From Mariprofundaceae bacterium (GTDB lineage: Bacteria > Pseudomonadota > Zetaproteobacteria > Mariprofundales > Mariprofundaceae), in the NCBI GenBank assembly GCA_035267815.1, contig DATFLK010000023.1, positions 1 through 45,435 on the forward strand: DNA of 45,435 bases, read 5' to 3'. Shown here one piece after another: positions 22,245 through 31,201 of the stretch (its first letter is position 1; every line of letters begins with the position of its first letter). The notes under the pieces are model-generated. The model made no database searches and was not told the origin of the DNA. It saw nothing but the letters and a program-made list of their open reading frames with translations. The position numbers and the translations under genes were made by a program.

Positions 22245-23918
22245 TTATTGCTGATGGACCAGCATCTTTTCAAGATTGCTTAAAGTCCGCTGGAACTCCT
22301 GTTCGAATCCCAGTCGGTTGCGGTTGGTCATACCGCCAACTGTCAGGCGGACCTTGTCCGCCATCGGTTCAATTACCAGCCACAGCTTGCGATGTGGCAG
22401 GTAGAACATAATGCACAGGCCGATCACGAGGATGGCGCTGCCGATCCAGATCACATTCATACCCGGATCGCGCGTTAGCTCGAGGCCAGTGTAGTACACC
22501 TGATGGTAGTCCTGCAGGATGGGAATGAAGGGCCAGGGCACGTTCGACAGATTGTTCATCGCCTGCAGGACGCGGATGCCCATGTGCTGGAAGTTGGGCG
22601 GCAGCTTGTTGCCGAACACCTCGTGCAGTGCCGCCCTGAAGGCCTGCATGTTGGCCTGCTGCTCGTTGCCCTCCTTGCTGTCTATCAGGTGTTTGCCGAA
22701 GGCCTGCAGCAGCTTCCAGTCGTTCGGATTGCTGAAGTCGAGGCCGAGCGAGAAGGGCTGAAAATCCTTCTTGTCGCCCGACAGCGAGACCATTATCAGG
22801 GAACCGACGTTCTTTCCCTTCTGTTCGAAAGGATTCATGAAGGTTTTGACCTTGACCGGTTTCAGTCCCGGGCCGCGCATGATGAAGGTCACTGCCGGCC
22901 CCAGATCCTTGAAGTTTTTCGGTTCACCCGGCCCCGCCATGTTCTCGACATTGAAGGCGCTGAAGCCGGTGAACTCCATCGACACGCCGGTCTTGGGATC
23001 GCGGTAGGTGCTGTAGACCCGGCTGTCGACCGTGCTGACGCTGCCATCGTTGAGATGGAACAGCTTCATCTTGATGTCCGATCCACCGTCCCCAAAGCTG
23101 GCCTGATAGATGCGGACTCCCTTGTAGATCAGGGGATGGTTGACTTCGATATCCTTGTTGTGAACGACCTCTTTGCCGTGATCATAGATGGATAGGTTGC
23201 TGCGGAAGGTCTTCGGCATGCCGGTGGGGTAGAAGTCGATGTAGAACTTGTTGCACTGGATCGTGAAGGGCATGGTCATCTTTTCGGTCTTGGCGCCCTT
23301 GAGAAAGCGGATGGTGTTCTCCTGGCCGCCTCCCTCGATCACGTTCATGGTGCCCCGGAAACCGAAATGAACGCTGATCCAGCCGCCGCTCAGAATCACG
23401 AGGATAGCGGCATGCGTCAGAATATAGCCCCACTTGTTCCAGCGGCCCTTGTCGGCGCGGAGGTAGGTACGGCCATCCTTTTCGGCTGATTTGATCTCCC
23501 AGTCCCGCAGTTGATCCTCGAGGTGCGCCTGTACAGTGGCGACATCCGTCTTCTCTAGGTCCCAGTGCTTTAAATGGTGGAAGCGTTGCAGGGACTTGTC
23601 TTCGATCGTCACCTTGCGCTTGCGCATCTCCCGAAGCATGCGGGGGGTATTGCGCCACAGGCATACGGCCACGGAGACCATTAGGAAGCCGAGCAGCGTC
23701 AGGAACCACGGGGAGTGGTACATGTCGAACAGCCCGAGGCTGCGGAAGGTCCAGTACCAGAGCGGTCCAAATTGAGCCAGATAGTCGGTCTGGGCCTGAT
23801 TCTGCAACAGGACGGTGCCGATCACGGAGGCAATGGCCAGCAGCACCAGCAGGACGATGGCGAGCGACATGGAACCCAGGCGATCAAAGTAGGGTTTAAG
23901 CCAGGCAGGAGTATTCAT
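22245..23918 (-). CDS. resB: cytochrome c biogenesis protein ResB/Ccs1 (System II)
   Basis: 557 aa. N-terminal ResB-like TM region (FDRLGSMSLAIVLLVLLAIASVIGTVL, DMYHSPWFLTLLGFL), a large soluble domain and a C-terminal TM. Paired with ccsA. Confidence 0.87.
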   Translation of the reverse strand: MNTPAWLKPYFDRLGSMSLAIVLLVLLAIASVIGTVLLQNQAQTDYLAQFGPLWYWTFRSLGLFDMYHSPWFLTLLGFLMVSVAVCLWRNTPRMLREMRKRKVTIEDKSLQRFHHLKHWDLEKTDVATVQAHLEDQLRDWEIKSAEKDGRTYLRADKGRWNKWGYILTHAAILVILSGGWISVHFGFRGTMNVIEGGGQENTIRFLKGAKTEKMTMPFTIQCNKFYIDFYPTGMPKTFRSNLSIYDHGKEVVHNKDIEVNHPLIYKGVRIYQASFGDGGSDIKMKLFHLNDGSVSTVDSRVYSTYRDPKTGVSMEFTGFSAFNVENMAGPGEPKNFKDLGPAVTFIMRGPGLKPVKVKTFMNPFEQKGKNVGSLIMVSLSGDKKDFQPFSLGLDFSNPNDWKLLQAFGKHLIDSKEGNEQQANMQAFRAALHEVFGNKLPPNFQHMGIRVLQAMNNLSNVPWPFIPILQDYHQVYYTGLELTRDPGMNVIWIGSAILVIGLCIMFYLPHRKLWLVIEPMADKVRLTVGGMTNRNRLGFEQEFQRTLSNLEKMLVHQQ

Positions 23919-24013
23919 GGTGGCGTATCATAGAGCAGTGGGGGAGATGAAAAAAGCAGTGTTTCGATATGGGTATGCAAAACCGGAATATTTCGGTGCG
24001 AATTCTTGCAGAA

Positions 24014-24601
24014 TCAACGCAGACGGCGCAGTCCGGACCGCTCCAGCAGCAACAGCTTGGAGGGACGGGCGCCGGCCACAGCCCTGCCGGGAATGGCTGC
24101 GGATATATGGCGGTGCCAGCGCATCCGCAGCCGCCGACCGGGCCTCCGGATGGCTAGTCCGCGTCGGTTCAGGCTGCTGGAGACAAGCAGGCCGCCGCAC
24201 AGATGGCTCAGGTATCGGCTGGCGGCATCGGCATCGACCCGTACGGCGATGCGCCCCTGTTGGTAACAGGACGACGGCAGTCCCGGCCGGCCGGGATAGA
24301 TCAGAGTGGTCCGTCCAGGCCACTCCTGGCGCATGGTTCTGCGCAGGGCGGGGGGGAGGAAGCGCGCCCAGCGGGCTGCCGTACGCATGGAGTCTGCCAG
24401 CAGGAGAAAGGGGCCAGGGCGCTGTTTAAAGCGCTGCAGCCGGACCATGGCCCGATCCGAAAGGGGATGGGCCGCCACGCCGGAAACGGTGGAGGGGGTA
24501 TGGGCGAGAAGCTGTCCGCGTCGAAGTCGGGAGGCGGCACGACGCAGGCGGAGGGTGTCGGTCCGTTTCCCTACGAGTGAGTTTAATCTCGCTGTGCGCA
24601 T
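24014..24601 (-). CDS. YrdC/Sua5-family (TsaC-like) threonylcarbamoyl-AMP synthase, unusually Arg-rich
   Basis: The track ORF (to 24961) overlaps purD. ATG 24601 gives 196 aa that align along their length with E. coli YrdC: LQRFKQRP (K.R motif), WPGRTTLIYPG, IAVRVDADAASRYL, LVSSSLNRRG (S.N motif). Confidence 0.72.
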   Translation of the reverse strand: MRTARLNSLVGKRTDTLRLRRAASRLRRGQLLAHTPSTVSGVAAHPLSDRAMVRLQRFKQRPGPFLLLADSMRTAARWARFLPPALRRTMRQEWPGRTTLIYPGRPGLPSSCYQQGRIAVRVDADAASRYLSHLCGGLLVSSSLNRRGLAIRRPGRRLRMRWHRHISAAIPGRAVAGARPSKLLLLERSGLRRLR

Positions 24602-24629
24602 ATGGTGGGTAACAACGACGCCGGTGTGG

Positions 24630-25910
24630 TTAGCCGGCGGTTTCCCGGGCCGCAGCTCGATAGCCGATATCACGGCGATAGAATCCACCGGGCCACTCCA
24701 GTTTTTCCAGCGCTTGATAAACGGTCCGCTGTGCCTCGCGCACGCTGCTTCCCAGGGCGGTGACACCCAGCACCCGTCCGCCGGTATTGACGATCTTCCC
24801 CGCTTTTTCGGCCGTGCCGGCGTGGAATACCGTGGCACCGGCTGCTTCAATGGCGTCCAGTCCGCCGATCTCCTGCCCCCTTTCGAAGCTGCCGGGGTAA
24901 CCATCGGAGGCGACCACGACGCAGAGGGCAACGCGATCGTCCCATGCCAGCGAGATCTCATCCAGTCGTTTCTCCGCCGCGGCCAGAAGCACCTCGCCGA
25001 GATCCGACTTGAGTCGGCTCATCAACGGCTGGCACTCCGGATCGCCGAAGCGGACATTGAACTCGAGCGTTTTCGGTCCTTCGTCGGTCAGCATGATACC
25101 GGCATAAAGGGTGCCGATGAATTCGATACCGCGCGCCTTCAGCGCTGCGATGGTCGGTCGCGCGATGGTCTCCAGCACCGCATCGGAAATCTCCGGTGTC
25201 ACGCAGGGGGCGGGCGAGTAGGCGCCCATGCCGCCGGTGTTCGGTCCCGCATCGCCGTCAAGCAGCGCCTTGTGGTCTTGCGAAGAAGCCAGTGGAAGGA
25301 TGGTGTCGCCGGAGACGATGAAGAGGCAGGAGGCCTCCTCGCCGATCAGGCACTCCTCGATGACTACCTGCGAGCCAGCCTCCCCGAATGAGTTGCCGGA
25401 AAGCATGTCACGCGCCGCAGCCACAGCCTCCTCGATGGTCTGTGCCACGATGACACCCTTGCCGGCGGCGAGCCCCGAGGCCTTAACGACGATCGGTGCG
25501 CCCCATTTGCGAATCAGTGCCTCGGCGGCATCGGCATCGGTATGCACCTCGAATTTTGCTGTCGGTACACCGGCTTCATGCATCAACTGCTTGGAGATGG
25601 ATTTACTGCCTTCGAGCTCGGCGGCTGCCTGGTCCGGACCGTAGACGGCGAATCCCTCGCCGCGCAGCCTGTCGGCCAGCCCTGCCACCAGCGGTGCCTC
25701 CGGCCCGACCACGACCAGATTCGGTTGCTCGCTCCTGGCCAGTGCCATCAGGCCGTCGAGATCCCCGACGCCGACGGATACGCAGCGGGCATCGCGGGCG
25801 ATGCCGGGATTGCCGGGCACGCAGATCACCTCGGAAACGGATGGCGAGCGTTTCAACTTCCAGCAGAGTGCATGTTCGCGACCACCGCCGCCGACGACCA
25901 AAACTTTCAT
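24630..25910 (-). CDS. purD: phosphoribosylamine--glycine ligase
   Basis: 426 aa. [19 protein letters not shown] start and ATP-grasp core, with full-length PurD-like translation. Confidence 0.96.
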   Translation of the reverse strand: MKVLVVGGGGREHALCWKLKRSPSVSEVICVPGNPGIARDARCVSVGVGDLDGLMALARSEQPNLVVVGPEAPLVAGLADRLRGEGFAVYGPDQAAAELEGSKSISKQLMHEAGVPTAKFEVHTDADAAEALIRKWGAPIVVKASGLAAGKGVIVAQTIEEAVAAARDMLSGNSFGEAGSQVVIEECLIGEEASCLFIVSGDTILPLASSQDHKALLDGDAGPNTGGMGAYSPAPCVTPEISDAVLETIARPTIAALKARGIEFIGTLYAGIMLTDEGPKTLEFNVRFGDPECQPLMSRLKSDLGEVLLAAAEKRLDEISLAWDDRVALCVVVASDGYPGSFERGQEIGGLDAIEAAGATVFHAGTAEKAGKIVNTGGRVLGVTALGSSVREAQRTVYQALEKLEWPGGFYRRDIGYRAAARETAG

Positions 25911-26024
25911 TCGATGACTCCCTTAGAAAAAGAGGTGCGAACGATAGCGGAGTTTCTCCGGATTGTGCACCGCCGGTAGCGCAGGGCTTGCAGGTGGCGG
26001 GTATGGCCATAGCATGATACGGGT

Positions 26025-26402
26025 ATGGGACAACGGCCAATGCGCGACGAACAGAAGGCAAACCTGCGCTGGTGGGTCGCCATGGTGGTCATGTGCGCCC
26101 TGATTGTGGCCCTGAACTACAAACATCTGTCCCATATTCTCGTGGAGGCCGCGAAGGCGGCGCTGACCATCTCCGCCTGGGGCTTGTGGACCAAGGCCTT
26201 CGCCGATATCTATCATCGCTTCTTCGACCGCAGGCCATTCACCGAGTGGAGCAATATCGTGTTCGCCGCCGCCGCTGTCTGCTCGTTGCTGATGTGGGCC
26301 ATCCATGATGATTTCAGGGAGGTGGCGGGCGTGCTTTATTTTGCAGCCATCTCCGCCGCTGTCATCCTGATCGTCTTCCGTTCGAGCGGGACGCGCCAGT
26401 AA
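26025..26402 (+). CDS. hypothetical small membrane protein
   Basis: 125 aa with about four hydrophobic helices and no recognisable motif. Preferred over the 426-aa antisense ORF, whose H/R/G/D-rich composition looks like a shadow frame. No clear RBS. Confidence 0.45.
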   Translation: MGQRPMRDEQKANLRWWVAMVVMCALIVALNYKHLSHILVEAAKAALTISAWGLWTKAFADIYHRFFDRRPFTEWSNIVFAAAAVCSLLMWAIHDDFREVAGVLYFAAISAAVILIVFRSSGTRQ

Positions 26403-26525
26403 CGAATCGATGTAATGGCCTTCTCGCATGGGCGTGACGCGATGCCTTTCGCCGGCGCGCACACCATGCGACCCTGTTTGCCTTGGTTGGTGCCGAGGCC
26501 CTTTCCATCCCGTGCGCGCTTGCCT

Positions 26526-27254
26526 ATGGTCCTGCTTATGAAGCTTTCCAAGTCCCATATCAACCGCAGCTGTTCCGAGCAGGAAATCTGGAACGAGCAG
26601 CTCGATCTCGATCACAAGCATCTTGTGGAGCTGGGCTGTGGCCGCGCCGAGCTTACCCGTCTTCTCGCCACGGAGGGTCCGGGGCGCCGCATGGTCGCAC
26701 TCGAAGTGGATGAGGTGCAGCACGATCCGCACAAGCGGATCACCGATCTTCCCAACGTGCAGTTCATCATGGCAGGGGCCGAGGATGTTCCGTTCCCTGA
26801 TGCGAGTTTCGATGTCGCCTTCATGTTCAAGTCGCTGCACCACGTGCCGCTGGAGCTGATGGACCAGGCGCTGGCCGAGGTGAAACGGATCCTGAAGCCC
26901 GGTGGCCACGCCTATATCTCCGAGCCGGTGTTTGCCGGTGATTTCAACGAGATCCTGCGCATGTTCCACGACGAGGAGGAGGTACGACTGGCCGCCTTCG
27001 AGGCGGTGAAGCGTGCGGTGGATTCGGGCCTCTTCGATCTGGCCAGCGAGATCTTCTTCAACGCGCCGATGCATTTCGAGGATTTCGCCGACTTCGAGCA
27101 GAGGATTCTCGGCGTTACCCACACCAACCACCAGCTCTCCCCGGAACTGTACGAGCGGGTCAAAGCCAAGTTCGAAACCCACATGACGCCCGATGGCGCC
27201 CATTTCCAGATGCCGATCCGGGTCGATTTACTAAAAAAGCAGAAGATGCTTTAA
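26526..27254 (+). CDS. class I SAM-dependent methyltransferase
   Basis: SAM motif I LVELGCGRAE, followed by DASFDVAFMFKSLHHV and ILKPGGHAYISEP. The start is ATG 26526 or 26538; the track start 26415 adds an implausible leader. Confidence 0.78.
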   Translation: MVLLMKLSKSHINRSCSEQEIWNEQLDLDHKHLVELGCGRAELTRLLATEGPGRRMVALEVDEVQHDPHKRITDLPNVQFIMAGAEDVPFPDASFDVAFMFKSLHHVPLELMDQALAEVKRILKPGGHAYISEPVFAGDFNEILRMFHDEEEVRLAAFEAVKRAVDSGLFDLASEIFFNAPMHFEDFADFEQRILGVTHTNHQLSPELYERVKAKFETHMTPDGAHFQMPIRVDLLKKQKML

Positions 27255-27288
27255 ACAGGTCGACCAGGTTTCACGAGTGAATACAAGA

Positions 27289-27321
27289 AGGAGGCCCGCT
27301 CAGTAAGCGGGCCTCCTGTTT
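27289..27321. terminator. bidirectional rho-independent terminator between the methyltransferase gene and purH
   Basis: Perfect 12-bp stem AGGAGGCCCGCT (27289-27300) / AGCGGGCCTCCT (27306-27317) with a 5-nt loop. GTTT follows on the plus strand and TCTTGTATT on the minus strand. It sits between convergent genes. Confidence 0.8.
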
Positions 27322-27342
27322 GGGCAGATTCTCTCTAATTCA

Positions 27343-28899
27343 TCAGTGACGGAAGTGGCGGACGCCGGTGAAGACCATGGCGATGCCGTGCTCGTCCGCC
27401 GCCGCGATCACCTCTTCGTCGCGGATCGAACCGCCTGGCTGGATGACTGCCACGGCACCGGCCTCGGCCAGTGCGTCGACACCGTCGCGGAACGGGAAGA
27501 AAGCATCGGAGGCGACCGCCGAGCCCTTGATCGCTTCGCCGCCGTGGTGAGCGGCGATGCGGGTGGAGTTCACACGGTTCATCTGGCCGGCGCCAATGCC
27601 CAGGGTGATGTTCTCCTTGGCGAAGACGATGGCGTTGGATTTGACATGCTTGGCCATGGTCCAGGCGAAGAGCATATCCTGCCACTCCGATTCGGTCGGC
27701 TGGCGTTGGGTCACCACCTTGCAGGCACTGCGCTCAAGGATATGCGTGTCGCGCTGCTGTACCAAAAGGCCGCCGTTGACGCGCTTGAACTCCCAGCCGC
27801 CCGTGACCGGCTCGGCCGAGGGGGCCAGCAGCAGACGAAGGTTCTTCTTTTCGGCCAAGATGTTTCGAGCCTCGTCGGAGAAGCCGGGGGCGATGACCAC
27901 CTCCATGAAGGTTTCGGCGATCAGCTTCGCCGTTGCGCCCTCCAGCTCGCGGTTGAAGGCGGCGATGCCGCCGAAGGCCGAGACCGAATCGGCGGCACGT
28001 GCCCGCTCGTAGGCCTCGGATTGGTTGCCGCCGACCGAAGCGCCGCAAGGGTTGGCATGCTTGACGATGACAGCGGCACTATCGGCAAAGTCACGCACGC
28101 AGGCGAAGGCGGCATCGGCATCGGCGATGTTGTTGTAGGAGAGCTCCTTGCCCTGAAGCACCTCGCAGTCGGCCAGCGAAACGCCGGCATCCTCCGGATC
28201 GGCGTAGAAGGTGCCCTGCTGGTGCGGATTTTCGCCGTAGCGCAGATCGCGAGCCCGCACGAACTGGCGGGTGAAGATGTCGGGAAACGCACGTCTGCTG
28301 TCGTCGGTATTGAGGGAGGAGAAGTGGTTGGCGATGGCGCCGTCGTAGTCGGCGGTATGGGCGAAGGCCTTGACCGCCAGCATACGGCGGATGTCGTCAC
28401 CGACCGAGCCGCCGGAGGATTCGATCTCCTTCTGCACCCGTGCGTAGTCGCCCGGGTCGACGACCACGGTGACGAAACGGTGGTTCTTGGCCGCGGCGCG
28501 GATCATGCAGGGGCCGCCGATGTCGATGTTCTCGATGGCATCGTCGATGGCACAGTCCGGATTGGCGATGGTCTCGCGGAAGGGGTAGAGATTGACCACG
28601 ATCAGATCGATGCGCCCGATACCGTGTGTCTCCATGGCTGCCATGTCTTCATCATGGTTGCGACGCGCCAGAATGCCGCCATGCACCCTGGGATGCAGCG
28701 TCTTGATTCGGCCGTCCATCATCTCCGGAAAACCGGTATAGTCGGAGACGTCGCGCACCGTGATGCCGGATTCACGCAGCAGTCTGGCGGTGCCGCCGGT
28801 CGAGAGAATCTCGATCTGCTGATCCGACAGGTGGCGGGCGAACTCCACGACCCCCGTTTTATCGGATACGCTGATCAGGGCTCGGGTGATAGCAGGCAT
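27343..28899 (-). CDS. purH: bifunctional AICAR formyltransferase / IMP cyclohydrolase
   Basis: 518 aa. [27 protein letters not shown], and C-terminal [30 protein letters not shown]. Confidence 0.97.
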   Translation of the reverse strand: MPAITRALISVSDKTGVVEFARHLSDQQIEILSTGGTARLLRESGITVRDVSDYTGFPEMMDGRIKTLHPRVHGGILARRNHDEDMAAMETHGIGRIDLIVVNLYPFRETIANPDCAIDDAIENIDIGGPCMIRAAAKNHRFVTVVVDPGDYARVQKEIESSGGSVGDDIRRMLAVKAFAHTADYDGAIANHFSSLNTDDSRRAFPDIFTRQFVRARDLRYGENPHQQGTFYADPEDAGVSLADCEVLQGKELSYNNIADADAAFACVRDFADSAAVIVKHANPCGASVGGNQSEAYERARAADSVSAFGGIAAFNRELEGATAKLIAETFMEVVIAPGFSDEARNILAEKKNLRLLLAPSAEPVTGGWEFKRVNGGLLVQQRDTHILERSACKVVTQRQPTESEWQDMLFAWTMAKHVKSNAIVFAKENITLGIGAGQMNRVNSTRIAAHHGGEAIKGSAVASDAFFPFRDGVDALAEAGAVAVIQPGGSIRDEEVIAAADEHGIAMVFTGVRHFRH

Positions 28900-28986
28900 A
28901 TAGGGCTCCGTGGTCGGGTTGATGAGAGGGCGGAACGATACGCATTCACTCTATCTGTGCAAGATAAGAGGTGTCGCGGCGTTTCG

Positions 28987-31146
28987 TCAGGAAAGTTTTT
29001 CCATCAGCTGGTTGTAGACGCGGTAGGTGTTGCGCCCCGCTTCCTTGGCGGCGTACATGGCCTGGTCGGCGCAATTGAGCAGGATATCGCCCTCGGCGGC
29101 ATGATCCGGCTGGACCGCCATGCGCCAGCGGTCCGCCTCTTCGTCTGATGTCGTGTTGCCGGTGCTTACCGCGATACCGATGCTGGCGCCGACGATGCAG
29201 TCCTGGCCGGCGATGCGGATGGGACGGGCTAACTCCTTGACGATCTGGGAGGCTACCCGTTCCGCATCACCGGCCTCATGCAGGTTGGTCAGCACGACGG
29301 CGAACTCGTCGCCGCCGAAGCGTGCCGCCGTGTCCGTTTCGCGCAGGCAGTTCAACAGGCGATGGGCGATCTCGCGCAGGGCCTCGTCGCCGGCATCATG
29401 TCCCAGCTCGTCGTTGATGGGTTTGAAGCGGTCGAGATCGACCATCAGGACGGCGATCTTCCGGTTGTTTCGCTTCGCCTGGGCGATGGCCTGTTCCAGC
29501 CGGTCGAAGAAGAGCAGGCGATTGGGCAGGCCCGTGAGTGTATCGTGCTGCGCCAGGTGCATTGCCTCCTGTTCGGCGCGGACCTGGTTGGTCACATCGA
29601 TGGCGTAGGCGCGGACATTGTTGTTGTTGGCATTGGGGTGGAGTTGCCAGATCATGATCTCGTCGCCCACTTCGAAGGAGACGGTATCGATCGAGATGTT
29701 CTCTTCACGGCAGATATTGACCGCCTCGCGGAAATCCTCGGGCAGGATCTCGTCGATCCTGTCGGCCGAGAGGATATGCAGTTTCAGGTACTCCAGTGTC
29801 GCCGGATTCATGTACAACACCTCGGCGCTATTGCCGTCCACCTCGATGATGGGGAAGGGGTTGAGCTCGGGAATGCTGGAGAGCCACCCGATCTCCTCCT
29901 GCCGCTGCCGGTCCTCGGTAATATCCTCGGAGATCTCGATCAGCTCCTGCAGTCCTCCCTCATCGTCCCGCAACGGGATCAGGCTGATGCGGGCGATCCA
30001 CTCCGAGCCGTCCTTCCTCTTCCGGGTGGTGATTTCGGCATAGGGGCTGCCGACCTTCTTTAACAGCCGCTCGATCCGCTTCCGGAAACCCGTTTCGGAG
30101 TGGCTGCGCTCCGATGCAGGATAGAAGGCCTTGTAGGAGAGTCGTTTGTACTCGTCCCGCGAATAGCCGGTGATGGCCAGCATGCGGGCATTGACGTAGG
30201 TGATGCTGCCGCTGCCGTCATAGACGACCACTCCGTTCGAGAGCCCGTCCAGCAGGTGCAGGTAGTAGTCGGAGAGCGCCTTGGATTCGGCGATGTGGTC
30301 CACCAGTCGCCGGGTCATGTGGTTGAAGCTCATACCAAGTCGGCCGATTTCGTCGCGCCGCCTGATTGGGGCACTGGCGGAGAAATCACCCTCATCGATA
30401 CGCCGGGCGGTGTCGTACAGTGCCTGAATCGGCTGGGTCACCTGCCGGCGGATGAGAAAGAAGAGGCTGATAGCCAGCAGTAACGTGGCGCCGATACCAA
30501 TGCCGATACTTTTTCTGTGGGCCTGGGTGATGGCGTCCTCCGCATGCTTCAGGGAGGTGGTGATACGCAGCACACCGCGGATGGGGGAGGCGTCGTAGCC
30601 ATGACAGGCGTTGCAGGCATTCAGTTTCTTAATGGGCAGAAGATAGGTCAGGTGTCCGGCATCCTCGTCGCGGATGCTGACCCGATGGCCCGCTACGGCC
30701 TGCCGGAACTTGGTGGCGGGGATATCGGTCACCGTGTGGGCCGGCAGAGCCGGTCGGGCGAACACCTTGTTGCCCAGAAAGCGGTTGACCTGATGGATCG
30801 TCTTCAGATCGAGAAACGCCTCATTGCCGTTGCGTCGGACGACCTCCGCCTTGAGGACGCCGGTCTCTTTCGATACCCGTTCGAGCCAGTCGCGCGCCAA
30901 CGGGCCGTTGCCGGTCAGCATCAGGGTCTGCAGGCTGGCCAGCAGACCTTCGGCCATGAAGTCCGCGCGGGTCTCCTCCTCCTGCATGATCGACCGCCGC
31001 TGCTGCTGAAGCTGGATACCCATCGACAGCATCATGACCAGCGCGAGTAGAACGGTCAGGGAGAGCACCACGCGGGTGCCGAGTCGTTCCCGGAACGGTA
31101 ACCGTTCCGCCCCCGCGGAACTCCCCGGAAGATCGCCCTTCATCAA
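28987..31146 (-). CDS. diguanylate cyclase: periplasmic CxxCH sensor - HAMP - PAS - PAS - GGDEF
   Basis: 719 aa. TM1 VVLSLTVLLALVMMLSMGI, then a roughly 150-aa periplasmic segment containing CNACH (nt 30601-30615). TM2 IGIGIGATLLLAISLFFLI, HAMP (DEIGRLGMSFNHMTRRL), two PAS-like segments, and a GGDEF domain (RFGGDEFAVVL) with RETD I-site spacing. Confidence 0.9.
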   Translation of the reverse strand: MMKGDLPGSSAGAERLPFRERLGTRVVLSLTVLLALVMMLSMGIQLQQQRRSIMQEEETRADFMAEGLLASLQTLMLTGNGPLARDWLERVSKETGVLKAEVVRRNGNEAFLDLKTIHQVNRFLGNKVFARPALPAHTVTDIPATKFRQAVAGHRVSIRDEDAGHLTYLLPIKKLNACNACHGYDASPIRGVLRITTSLKHAEDAITQAHRKSIGIGIGATLLLAISLFFLIRRQVTQPIQALYDTARRIDEGDFSASAPIRRRDEIGRLGMSFNHMTRRLVDHIAESKALSDYYLHLLDGLSNGVVVYDGSGSITYVNARMLAITGYSRDEYKRLSYKAFYPASERSHSETGFRKRIERLLKKVGSPYAEITTRKRKDGSEWIARISLIPLRDDEGGLQELIEISEDITEDRQRQEEIGWLSSIPELNPFPIIEVDGNSAEVLYMNPATLEYLKLHILSADRIDEILPEDFREAVNICREENISIDTVSFEVGDEIMIWQLHPNANNNNVRAYAIDVTNQVRAEQEAMHLAQHDTLTGLPNRLLFFDRLEQAIAQAKRNNRKIAVLMVDLDRFKPINDELGHDAGDEALREIAHRLLNCLRETDTAARFGGDEFAVVLTNLHEAGDAERVASQIVKELARPIRIAGQDCIVGASIGIAVSTGNTTSDEEADRWRMAVQPDHAAEGDILLNCADQAMYAAKEAGRNTYRVYNQLMEKLS

Positions 31147-31201
31147 CGCGCATCGAGCCCGCGGCCGCGGGCAGACAGGAGACGAAGGGAGACGGGTGGG
31201 A

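Noticed and set aside
24602-24961. Extension of the TsaC-like ORF into the purD 3' region
   Set aside because: It overlaps the well-supported purD C-terminus in another frame. YrdC-like similarity begins only after ATG 24601.
25923-27203. 426-aa minus-strand ORF opposite the small membrane protein and methyltransferase genes
   Set aside because: The plus-strand methyltransferase has clear SAM-binding motifs. The minus-strand product has shadow-frame composition (H/R/G/D/L/E) and no motifs.
28900-28986. Checked the purH leader for a ZTP (pfl) riboswitch
   Set aside because: Read on the minus strand, the 87-nt leader lacks the conserved GGGUCGUGACUGGCG-like and CCGCCUGGGC-like cores. purH may be read through from the cyclase gene or use a simple promoter.
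27346-29148. 600-aa plus-strand ORF covering purH
   Set aside because: It is antisense to a full-length, unmistakable purH. Its translation is rich in G/D/H/R/A/V with no motifs, which is the typical shadow ORF of GC-rich DNA.
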